Below are positions 1 through 8,404 of a DNA stretch of 64,000 nt, piece after piece (the first letter of the stretch is position 1; each line of letters starts with the position of its first letter). The DNA lies in the NCBI GenBank assembly GCA_016218045.1, contig JACRFB010000031.1:72908-136907 (forward strand), written 5' to 3'. The DNA is from Ignavibacteriota bacterium. Its GTDB lineage: Bacteria > Bacteroidota > Ignavibacteria > SZUA-365. A program made the position numbers and the translations under genes. Below the pieces are notes generated by a model. That model had not been told where the DNA came from and made no database searches. It saw nothing but the letters and a program-made list of their open reading frames with translations.

Positions 1-5
1 CGCCC

Positions 6-1100
6 GTGACGATCACGGTCTTTGTGCGACCGCGCCCGTCGATAACGGCATCCGGCCCGACCATCTTCTGCGTCGGCGACAGCGTGCGTCTCGACGCGGG
101 CGGCGGCTACGTCCGTTACACCTGGTCCACCGGCGACACAACGCAAACCGTCACATTAAAGGCATCGGCGGGCGTGACAGTGACCGTCACGGACAACAAC
201 GGCTGCACGGGTACCTCGTCACAGGTCGATGTTGTGGTGAATCCTCGTCCGACCGCGGCGATCACTGCGTCGGGTCCGACCAGCTTTTGTGAGGGCGGCA
301 GCGTGGATCTGGACGCGGGCGCGGGTTTTGTCTCGTACGCGTGGAGCAGTGGCGAAACCGTGCAGCGTATCACCGTGACGCGCAGCGGCAGCTATAGTGT
401 GCGCGTGCGCAATGTATCAGGATGTGACGATTCGACCTCGGTGTTCGTGCGTGTGTTTCCGCTTCCGGCTCCGGTGATCACGGCGCTCGGCCCCACCACG
501 TTCTGCGACGGCGACAGCGTCGTGCTCGATGCGGGTGCGGGATTCAGATCGTATCTCTGGTCCGGCGGCGATCGCACGCGGAGCATTGTCGTGAAACGCG
601 GCGGCACATACGCGGTGACTGTCACCGATTCGAACACATGCACCGCGACCTCCGCGGGCGTCACTGTCGTTGTGAATCCGCTTCCTACCCCCGCGGTGAC
701 GGTGACGGGCGACACGGTATTCTGCGAGGGCGGCAGCGTGCAGCTCGATGCCGGAGCCGGCTACGTCCTCTACAAGTGGTCTTCCGGCGAATCCAGCCGG
801 AGCATCACCGTGACACGCAGCGGCTCGTACAGCGTGTTGGTGGGTCTTGCCACGGGATGTTCGGCCGTGTCGCGCGTAGTGACGGTGACGGTGTTTCCGA
901 ATCCGCGTCCGGTGATCACCGCAAACGGACCGCTCGTGTTCTGTGACGGCGACAGCGTCACGCTCTCGGGACCTCCGGGATTCGTACGATACGCATGGTC
1001 GGGCGGCGAAAGCACCCGGTCGATCGTCGTCAAGCGCAGCGGCAGTTACGCGCTCACGGTCACCGATACAAACGGATGCATCGGCAGCGCTACCACGGTG
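6..1100 (+). repeat. ~240-nt tandem coding repeats (5 units) encoding two-Cys Ig-like modules
   Basis: Protein-level periodicity (ITAxGPTxFCxGDSVxLDAG...) is seen directly in the translation. Related units recur in the 2005-8328 gene. Confidence 0.7.
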
Positions 1101-1988
1101 GACGTGGTGGTGAATCCGTTGCCCGCCGAGCCTCTCATTACACAGGATCGCGACACCCTCTTTTCGACACCCGAGGTCGGGTATCAGTGGCTGCTCAACG
1201 GTGTGCCGCTGCCGGGCGAGACAGGACGTTTCCTGCTCATCCCGCGTTCCGGAACCTACACGGTTCGTGTGACCAACCAGTTCGGCTGTTCGGCGCTCTC
1301 GGCGCCGCGGCCGGTGCGGATCGCGCTGGCGACGGTGACCGTGCCCGTCTTGCGGGCCGCTCCGGGCGAGCGTGTGTCCGTGCCCGTGACGCTGACGTTT
1401 TCGGAGGATCTTCTCACCGCGGGAGCAGGATCGTTCACAGCCCGCCTCAGGTTCAACAACGAAATTCTCGAGCCCGTCGCGGGCAGCGCGGTGTTTTCGC
1501 AGCAGGGAACGGATCGCATCGTCGACATTTCCGGACCGCTTCGTGACACGATAGGTGTGCTCGCAACCTTCGAATGTACGGCCATGCTCGGCCGTGTCGA
1601 CAGGGTCCCCATCACGCTCGAGCGCTTCAATTGGGACGCCGGTGCGGTGCGCACGACCATGGTTTCAGGCGAGTTCCAGATCATCGCCTGTCTCGAGGGT
1701 GGTGTGCGTCTTTTCGACGGCAGTGTGCCTGCGACTCTGGCGCAGAACCGGCCTAATCCTTTTAACGCGACAACCACGATCGACTATGCCGTCGTGGAGG
1801 CGGGACCCGTGCGCCTCGAGGTGATCGACATGCTCGGCCGATGTGTCGCGATACTTGAGGACGGACACAAACAACCGGGCGCCTACCGCGTTGTCTTCGA
1901 CGCGGGTGCGTTGCCGTCCGGACTGTATCACGCCGTGCTGCAGACGCCGTCCATGACGCTGCTGCGCGCCATGTCCCTCGTCAAGTAA
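6..1988 (+). CDS. T9SS-secreted cell-surface repeat protein, 5'-truncated by window edge (~80-aa two-Cys Ig-like repeats + T9SS C-terminal sorting domain)
   Basis: ORF runs from the window edge. It has at least five ~80-aa tandem repeats with the motif FCxGDSVxLDAGxG..YxWSxG..GxYxVxVxDxNGC..NPxP. The C-terminal ~80 aa (NPFNATTTIDY..LEVIDMLGR..GLYH) matches the T9SS type-A sorting domain pattern. A paralogous architecture follows in the next gene. Confidence 0.8.
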   Translation: MTITVFVRPRPSITASGPTIFCVGDSVRLDAGGGYVRYTWSTGDTTQTVTLKASAGVTVTVTDNNGCTGTSSQVDVVVNPRPTAAITASGPTSFCEGGSVDLDAGAGFVSYAWSSGETVQRITVTRSGSYSVRVRNVSGCDDSTSVFVRVFPLPAPVITALGPTTFCDGDSVVLDAGAGFRSYLWSGGDRTRSIVVKRGGTYAVTVTDSNTCTATSAGVTVVVNPLPTPAVTVTGDTVFCEGGSVQLDAGAGYVLYKWSSGESSRSITVTRSGSYSVLVGLATGCSAVSRVVTVTVFPNPRPVITANGPLVFCDGDSVTLSGPPGFVRYAWSGGESTRSIVVKRSGSYALTVTDTNGCIGSATTVDVVVNPLPAEPLITQDRDTLFSTPEVGYQWLLNGVPLPGETGRFLLIPRSGTYTVRVTNQFGCSALSAPRPVRIALATVTVPVLRAAPGERVSVPVTLTFSEDLLTAGAGSFTARLRFNNEILEPVAGSAVFSQQGTDRIVDISGPLRDTIGVLATFECTAMLGRVDRVPITLERFNWDAGAVRTTMVSGEFQIIACLEGGVRLFDGSVPATLAQNRPNPFNATTTIDYAVVEAGPVRLEVIDMLGRCVAILEDGHKQPGAYRVVFDAGALPSGLYHAVLQTPSMTLLRAMSLVK

Positions 1989-2004
1989 CACGGGAGACGG
2001 CGCG

Positions 2005-5000
2005 ATGCACCCCATCGCGTGCAGACCGCGGGCAGCGCCTGCGACAATCCGACGCGGGCATGCGGGACGGACTATCACGTGGCTCGTTCTCCGCATGGTC
2101 TGTGCCGCCTGCTGCCTCGTCACGGCGCGAGCGGCGCCGGATATACACACGGGACCACTGGAACCGGGACGTTACCATGGTGTACTCGCCGCCCCCGTTT
2201 TTGTCGAGACGCCGGGAACTGTGCGCGACAGCCGCGGCACGGCACGGCACGATATCCGCTATGTGCTGCGCGCGAAGGGACTGGATGTGTTTTTCCGCGA
2301 CGACGGGATCAGTTATGTGTTCCGGCGGAATCACGGGACGGTACTCCCAGGCGTGAGTGATGCCGGCCGGGGACGTGAAGACCTGGTCTCGTATTATCGG
2401 ATTGATCTGTCCTTTATTGGCGCATCGCGGCACGCACGGCTCGAGCCGTCGGACGCGGAGACCTCTGCAGTGCACCGGTATTCGGTCGCGGGCCCGTCCC
2501 GGATCGTACACGCATACGGGCGTTTGACGTATCACGATGTATATCCAGGCATCGATCTCGTGTTCACGGCGCGCGACGAGGGTGTCAAATACGATCTTGT
2601 TGCCAGGCCTGGCGCCGATACGCGCGCGGTGCGATTCGGCTACGACGGCCTTGACAGCGTGCGGCTGCGCCCCGACGGTGCGCTGGAACTGCGGTCGCCT
2701 CTGGGCACTATCGTGGAAGAAGCGCCCGTTGCCTGGACGACGGCCGTGGATGCGCCCGATCCTCGCTGTGCCGCGGGCGAACACGTCGCAGCGTATTATG
2801 TTGTCGAAGGCAACACCGTCTCGTTCGCACCCGCCGCGTATGATTCGTCCCACGTGCTCGTGATCGATCCGGGCATTGTGTGGTCTACGTTTTACGGCGG
2901 CAGCGGGGAAGACTGGGCGTACGGCGTGGCGATCGATGCGCAGCAGAATATTTTTGTGACCGGCCGCACCGCGAGCATCGACTTTCCCGTGGCGGCGGGG
3001 TATCAGCCCGCTTCAGCGGGAAACTTCGACGCGTTTCTCGTCAAGCTCGACGGCGCCGGTCAGCGGATCTGGGCCACGTATTTCGGAGGCAGCGACCTCG
3101 ACTACGCCTACGATGTGGCCGTGGATGCCGCGGGACGTCCGAGCATCGTCGGCTGGACGCGCAGCGACGATCTGCCTGTCGCCTCCGCGGCGCAGCCTGC
3201 GCGCGGCGGCGATTTCGACGCCTTCACGGCCTCCTTCACCCCAGAAGGTGCCCTGCGCTGGAGCACCTACTCGGGCGGTACGCTCGAGGAGCGCGGGCTC
3301 TCGATCGCCTGCGATGCGGGACACAATGTCGTTATCGCCGGCTCGACGTTCAGCAGCGACTTCCCCGTGCTCAACGCGCAACAGCCGAACAATGCAGGAT
3401 TTTCGGATGCTTTTCTCGTAAAATATGACACGCTCGGCACGCGGCGCTGGGCGCGCTACCTCGGCGGTTCAGCCGCGGAGGAGGCCTGGGGCGTTGCCGC
3501 CTCGCAGGCGGGTATCGCAGTGGCCGGACGTACCGCAAGCACGGATTTCCCCGCTGCCTCGGCGCAGCAGGCGCTGTTCGGCGGAGCTTCCGATGCTTTT
3601 ATCGCGGTGCTGGATACTGCAGGCGCGCGGCTGTGGGCGACATATCAGGGTGGTGATGAAGAGGATGCCGCGCAGGCGGTTGCCATTGATGCTGCGGGCC
3701 GCGTGCTCGTGGCGGGCACAACGGAGAGTGACAACTTTCCCGTGTTGAACGCGCTGCAGTCCGACCGTGCGCTGCTCGGTGACGCCTTTGTCGCAGTGTA
3801 TTCCAACGGTGGTGCTCTGCAGTGGTCCACATTCTACGGGGGCAACAGCAGCGACATTGCCATCGCCGCCGCGTTCGACGCGGCGGGCAACGCGCTTGTC
3901 GCGGGCAGCACAGGCAGCACCACGCTGCCCGTGCGTAATGCGCCTATGCTCAAACACCCGGGCGACGAGGCCTTTGTCGCGCGTTTCTCGTCTGCCGGCG
4001 TGCTCCAATTTGCGTCGTATGTCGGCGGCCAGGCGAATGAAGGTGCCGCAGGTGTGGCGGCCGCAGGCGCCGCGGCGGTGCTCTGCGGCACAACCAACAG
4101 CACCGATTTCCCGACGCTGAATCCCCAGCAGGCCGCGCATCAGGGCGGTCCGTGGGATGCCTTCGTCCTGAAGATCGAGGAATGCACGGTGCCCGCAACT
4201 GTGACCGCGCTCGGACCGACTCGGTTCTGTCCGGGATCCTCCGTTGTTCTCGAGGCGAATGACGGGGCGGGGCTCACATATGAATGGTACAACGAAAACG
4301 GAAAAATTTCCGGCGCAACCGACCGGCAGTGCACGGTCTCGGACTCGGGTTGGTATTCCGTGCTCGTCAAGAATGCCACGGGGTGTTATTCCTCGTCACC
4401 TCCTGTGCGCGTCTCGCTCTCGACACTCGAAACACGGACCCGCCCCGACACGATCATCTGCCGCGGTGGCAGTGTTCCGCTGTGGGTCGCACCCGTGGGA
4501 GGCATCGCACCCTTTACCTACCGCTGGTCGCCGGCGGCGACTCTGACGGTGACCGACGCGGCGCAGACGCGCGCCACGCCCGACACCACCACCCGCTACA
4601 CCGTCGTGGTGACGGATTCCATCGGTTGTGCGGACACGGCGCAGATTTCCATCGTGGTGCGGCACGCGGAAGTGGATGCGGGAGCGTCGGTGTTTGTTTG
4701 TCGCGGCATCGGGGCGCGCCTCTCGGCGGCCGTGCTGGAAGGAATTCCGCCCATCAGGTACCGCTGGCTTCCGTCGGATGGCCTCGACCTCAGCGACGGT
4801 CCGAATCCCACGGCGGCTCCCGATTCGACAACGACGTACACCGTCACCATCACAGACGCCCTCGGCTGTGTTGCCGTCGACACTGTGACGGTGCGTGTCA
4901 GCACCCTTCGCGCGGAAGCGCGCGGCGGCGGCACGATATGCCCGGGCGCGGGCACCGGTCTCACGGCCTTTGCCGATGGAGGGACGCCGCCCTACACCTA

Positions 5001-8000
5001 TCAGTGGTCGCCCGACGCCGGACTGTCGAACGCAACCGTCGCAACACCGGTCGCCAGACCCACGGTCACCACACTCTACACAGTCACCGTGCGTGATGCG
5101 GTCGGATGTGTGCGGACGTCACCGGTAACGGTGTTTGTACTTCCCGCCGCCAGTGTGAGCATACGCGGCAGCGGCCGCCGTGTGATCTGCGAGGGCGACA
5201 GTCTTGTGCTGACCGCATCGGAACTATACCCGTATTACCGCTGGTCCACCGGCGCACAGTCCCGCTCGATCACCGTGCGCGCGGGCGGAATGTACTCGCT
5301 GCTGGTCCGCGACGCCCAGGGCTGCGAGGCGCGTGACTCGGTCGAAATCACACAGTATCCGCTGCCCGTTCCGGTCATCACGGCACTGCGCCCGCTGATC
5401 ATCTGCCCCGGCGACAGCACGGTGCTCGATGCGGGCGCGGGATATACATCGGTGCGCTGGAGTACCGGCGACACCACACGCCGGCTTGTTGTCAAACGCG
5501 CGGGGCTCTACGATGTGACGGTGTACAACGACGGCGGCTGCGCCGGAATCGCACGGCCCGTCGCGGTGTCGGTGCACGCCGTCCGCGCCGCGTCGTTCGA
5601 AGGTCCTGCCAGCGCGTGTCCGTTCAGCTTTTCCCGATATACTGCTCCTCTGTATCCGAAACACAGCTATCGCTGGACCGTCACGGGAGGCACGCCTTTT
5701 TCGGGCGCTGCAACCGACACGCTGCTCGTGCGCTGGGGCGCTCCCGGAACGGCGCGCGTGGTCCTGACGATTATCGACGATTCCACTGGTTGTGTCAGCA
5801 CCGCTGCTGCGGACGTGGCGGTCGCTCCGATTCTGCGTCCGGGCGTCGTTCCTTCGGGCGATATCACGCTCTGCGAGAACGACAGCGTCACACTCGACGC
5901 GGGTGCGGGCTATGCCACCTATGAATGGCTGTTGCCTGGAGGCGGAACTGTCGCTGCACGTACGCTGACGGTGGCCGCGCCGGGCAGGTACATACTGCAT
6001 GTATCGGATGCGGGGGGGTGCGAAGGCCGCGACACCGTGCGCCTGATTCTGCGCGCGCGCCCCGCGCCGGTGGTGCGGGCCGATCCGGGTCCCTTCTTCT
6101 GCGAAGGCGACAGCGTGTCCCTGACTGTGCAAGGCGCGTATGTGTCGTACCGCTGGTCCACGGGCGATACGAGCGCGGCGATTGTGCTGCGGACCGGTGG
6201 CCTCTACTCTGTGACGGTGGTGGACAGCGCCGGCTGTGCTGGCAGCTCTGAACCGCTGCCGATACGCGCCGCTGATCCGCCTGCCGTATCGGCCACAGGC
6301 CCGTCGGTTCTTTGTTCGGGCGCTGCGGGCCAGTATCGCGCAGTGCTGCCGCGCAGCGTCACCGCTGTGTGGAGTGCCGCCGGTGCGGATTCGGTGAAAA
6401 GGGAAGGGGATTCAATCCGCGTCTTCTGGTCCGTTCCCGGTCAGTACATCGTCTCGCTGCTCGGGCGGGACGACAGCACCGGGTGCGCGTCGACTTTCGA
6501 CCTGCAGGTGAACGTTCTCCCGTCACCGCGGCCGTCTATCACGACCAACGGATCGACCACGCTCTGTGAGGGCGACAGCGTGGTCCTGCAGGCGGATGCT
6601 GTGTACACCGGGTACCGCTGGTCCACAGGCGCGGATACGCCGGGCATCGTTGTGCGGGATCCGGGGGTGTACTCGCTGACAGTGACGGACGATGCGGGTT
6701 GTGAAGGCGCTACACCTCCCGTAACGGTCGATGTTGTGGTGCGGCCGCACCCTGTGATCGAAGGACCGGCGACGGTGTGCCGGGGATCGGTGGCGGTGTA
6801 CGGCGTGTCTGTGCAGCCCGGCGACAGTGTTCTCTGGGAAATTCGTGGCGGAACGCCCCGCACGACGCTGTTGGACACGGCGGTCGCCGTGGAATGGTCC
6901 GCCGCCGGCACGGGCACTGTGCGCGTCACCGTGCGGCGGGGCGCGATGTGGTGTGCAGGATCCACGGTACTCGAGGTCAGCGTGGGTGATTCACTGACGC
7001 CGGTGATCCGTGTCATCGGCACGAGGGACTTCTGTGACGGTGATTCGGTGCTGCTCGACGCCGGGCCCGGTTTTGCGACGTATGAATGGCTTGAAGGTGC
7101 CGCGCTTCTGGGATCGAACCGTTTTCTGACACTGCGGCGCGACGCCGTCGTGCGTGTGCGCGTGCGCGATGCCGCCGGCTGCGGTGGCGAGTCGGCGCCG
7201 GTGACCCTGCGCCGGTTTGCGGCGCCGCGTCCCGTGATCGAGGGACCCCGCGGCTTCTGCGACGGCGATTCAATCTCTCTCGACGCGGGCGTGAACGCCG
7301 TGTCGTACACGTGGCGCGACGCCGCGGGCTCCACAGTGGCAGGCGCGCGCGTCTGTGTCGTCTCGGCTCCCGGCGTCTATACCGTGACGGTGACGGATTC
7401 TAACGGCTGCACGGGTGTGTCGCCGGGTCACGTCGTCCTTCTGCTGCCGGTGCCGCCGAAACCCGTGATCACGCGCAGCGGGGATTCGCTCATCTCGTCC
7501 GTCGCCGCGGGGTATGCCTGGTCCCGTGACGGCGCCGATTTAACCGGAGAAACGGATCGTATTCTCCGAATAACACGGAACGGCCGCTACGTGGTCACGG
7601 TGTCGAATGCCGACGGCTGCACGGCGCGGTCCGATCCGTTCGACGTGCAGGACGGGGTCCGTGCCACTGCGGCGCTGAGTCTTCCCGGCATTGTTGCGCG
7701 GCCGGGCGATCTGGTGCGCCTGCCCCTCGATCTTGTGTCGTCGAGCGGCCTGCAAGCCGCAGGTGCGACGCGGCTGCGCGGCATCCTGCGTTTCGACGCG
7801 TCCGTGCTCGCGCCCGCGGGAGGCACACCCGAAGGGATTGTCGTGGGACGCGAACGGCGCGTCCCGGTGGATGCGGCGCTCGCATCGGATCGGGGCATCG
7901 TGGCCGAATACCTGTTTGTGGCCACGCTGGGCGACCGCGACTCGTCGCTGCTTGTGCTCGACTCGTTGTCCTTCGCAGGCGCCGCGGTTGATGCGCGTCT

Positions 8001-8328
8001 CGATACGGGCATGATCCGCATCACCATCTGCCGCGAAGGCGGCGCACGCCTCTTCGACGGCGCTGCGACGCTGTCCCTGCGGCAGGTGGGGCCGAATCCC
8101 TTCAACGCCAGCACGGTGATCGAGGTCGATATCATCGAGGCGGGCCGCAGCCGTCTCACTGTGCACGACGCGCTTGGCCGCGAGATGGTTGTGCTCGCCG
8201 ACGCGGAACTGCCGCGCGGCACCCACCGTTTTGTTCTCGACGCGGGGGCCTTGCCTTCGGGCCTATATTTCTGCGTGCTCCTCACACCGGCAACAGCCGT
8301 GTACCTTCCGCTTATGCTCGCCAAATAA
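2005..8328 (+). CDS. Giant (2107 aa) T9SS cargo adhesin-like protein: signal peptide, SBBP-type beta-propeller repeats, ~20 two-Cys Ig/PKD-like repeats, C-terminal T9SS sorting domain
   Basis: Uninterrupted 6.3-kb ORF. The hydrophobic N-terminus (WLVLRMVCAACCLVTARA) is a candidate signal peptide; an alternative start lies near 2090. Residues ~290-690 carry repeated GGSxxDxAxxVAxDAxGNxxVxGxTxSxDFP blocks typical of the SBBP beta-propeller repeat. Tandem ~70-80-aa modules of the same families as in the upstream gene follow. The C-terminus (NPFNASTVIEVDIIEAG..LTVHDALGREM..GLYFCVL) matches the T9SS CTD. Confidence 0.85.
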   Translation: MHPIACRPRAAPATIRRGHAGRTITWLVLRMVCAACCLVTARAAPDIHTGPLEPGRYHGVLAAPVFVETPGTVRDSRGTARHDIRYVLRAKGLDVFFRDDGISYVFRRNHGTVLPGVSDAGRGREDLVSYYRIDLSFIGASRHARLEPSDAETSAVHRYSVAGPSRIVHAYGRLTYHDVYPGIDLVFTARDEGVKYDLVARPGADTRAVRFGYDGLDSVRLRPDGALELRSPLGTIVEEAPVAWTTAVDAPDPRCAAGEHVAAYYVVEGNTVSFAPAAYDSSHVLVIDPGIVWSTFYGGSGEDWAYGVAIDAQQNIFVTGRTASIDFPVAAGYQPASAGNFDAFLVKLDGAGQRIWATYFGGSDLDYAYDVAVDAAGRPSIVGWTRSDDLPVASAAQPARGGDFDAFTASFTPEGALRWSTYSGGTLEERGLSIACDAGHNVVIAGSTFSSDFPVLNAQQPNNAGFSDAFLVKYDTLGTRRWARYLGGSAAEEAWGVAASQAGIAVAGRTASTDFPAASAQQALFGGASDAFIAVLDTAGARLWATYQGGDEEDAAQAVAIDAAGRVLVAGTTESDNFPVLNALQSDRALLGDAFVAVYSNGGALQWSTFYGGNSSDIAIAAAFDAAGNALVAGSTGSTTLPVRNAPMLKHPGDEAFVARFSSAGVLQFASYVGGQANEGAAGVAAAGAAAVLCGTTNSTDFPTLNPQQAAHQGGPWDAFVLKIEECTVPATVTALGPTRFCPGSSVVLEANDGAGLTYEWYNENGKISGATDRQCTVSDSGWYSVLVKNATGCYSSSPPVRVSLSTLETRTRPDTIICRGGSVPLWVAPVGGIAPFTYRWSPAATLTVTDAAQTRATPDTTTRYTVVVTDSIGCADTAQISIVVRHAEVDAGASVFVCRGIGARLSAAVLEGIPPIRYRWLPSDGLDLSDGPNPTAAPDSTTTYTVTITDALGCVAVDTVTVRVSTLRAEARGGGTICPGAGTGLTAFADGGTPPYTYQWSPDAGLSNATVATPVARPTVTTLYTVTVRDAVGCVRTSPVTVFVLPAASVSIRGSGRRVICEGDSLVLTASELYPYYRWSTGAQSRSITVRAGGMYSLLVRDAQGCEARDSVEITQYPLPVPVITALRPLIICPGDSTVLDAGAGYTSVRWSTGDTTRRLVVKRAGLYDVTVYNDGGCAGIARPVAVSVHAVRAASFEGPASACPFSFSRYTAPLYPKHSYRWTVTGGTPFSGAATDTLLVRWGAPGTARVVLTIIDDSTGCVSTAAADVAVAPILRPGVVPSGDITLCENDSVTLDAGAGYATYEWLLPGGGTVAARTLTVAAPGRYILHVSDAGGCEGRDTVRLILRARPAPVVRADPGPFFCEGDSVSLTVQGAYVSYRWSTGDTSAAIVLRTGGLYSVTVVDSAGCAGSSEPLPIRAADPPAVSATGPSVLCSGAAGQYRAVLPRSVTAVWSAAGADSVKREGDSIRVFWSVPGQYIVSLLGRDDSTGCASTFDLQVNVLPSPRPSITTNGSTTLCEGDSVVLQADAVYTGYRWSTGADTPGIVVRDPGVYSLTVTDDAGCEGATPPVTVDVVVRPHPVIEGPATVCRGSVAVYGVSVQPGDSVLWEIRGGTPRTTLLDTAVAVEWSAAGTGTVRVTVRRGAMWCAGSTVLEVSVGDSLTPVIRVIGTRDFCDGDSVLLDAGPGFATYEWLEGAALLGSNRFLTLRRDAVVRVRVRDAAGCGGESAPVTLRRFAAPRPVIEGPRGFCDGDSISLDAGVNAVSYTWRDAAGSTVAGARVCVVSAPGVYTVTVTDSNGCTGVSPGHVVLLLPVPPKPVITRSGDSLISSVAAGYAWSRDGADLTGETDRILRITRNGRYVVTVSNADGCTARSDPFDVQDGVRATAALSLPGIVARPGDLVRLPLDLVSSSGLQAAGATRLRGILRFDASVLAPAGGTPEGIVVGRERRVPVDAALASDRGIVAEYLFVATLGDRDSSLLVLDSLSFAGAAVDARLDTGMIRITICREGGARLFDGAATLSLRQVGPNPFNASTVIEVDIIEAGRSRLTVHDALGREMVVLADAELPRGTHRFVLDAGALPSGLYFCVLLTPATAVYLPLMLAK
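4190..7650 (+). repeat. Tandem ~210-240-nt coding repeats (Ig/PKD-like two-Cys modules) inside the giant gene
   Basis: Recurrent FCxGDSVxLDAGxGY..YxWSTGDT..GxYxVTVxDxxGC and ICxGGSV..YxWSP..TTTYTVxVTDxxGC units in the translation. Boundaries are approximate. Confidence 0.6.
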
Positions 8329-8404
8329 CGTCCTTGCAGTCGCGCGGACGCTAGCTCCCGGCTCTCCAATTTTTGTATATTACGCGATCCAACCCGAGGA
8401 CCCG

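Noticed and set aside
2005-2090. Exact start of the giant gene (MHPIACR... at 2005 vs MVCAACCLVTARA at 2090)
   Set aside because: Kept the ORF-track start. The downstream ATG gives a cleaner signal peptide. It cannot be resolved without RBS/TSS evidence, so it is flagged and not asserted.
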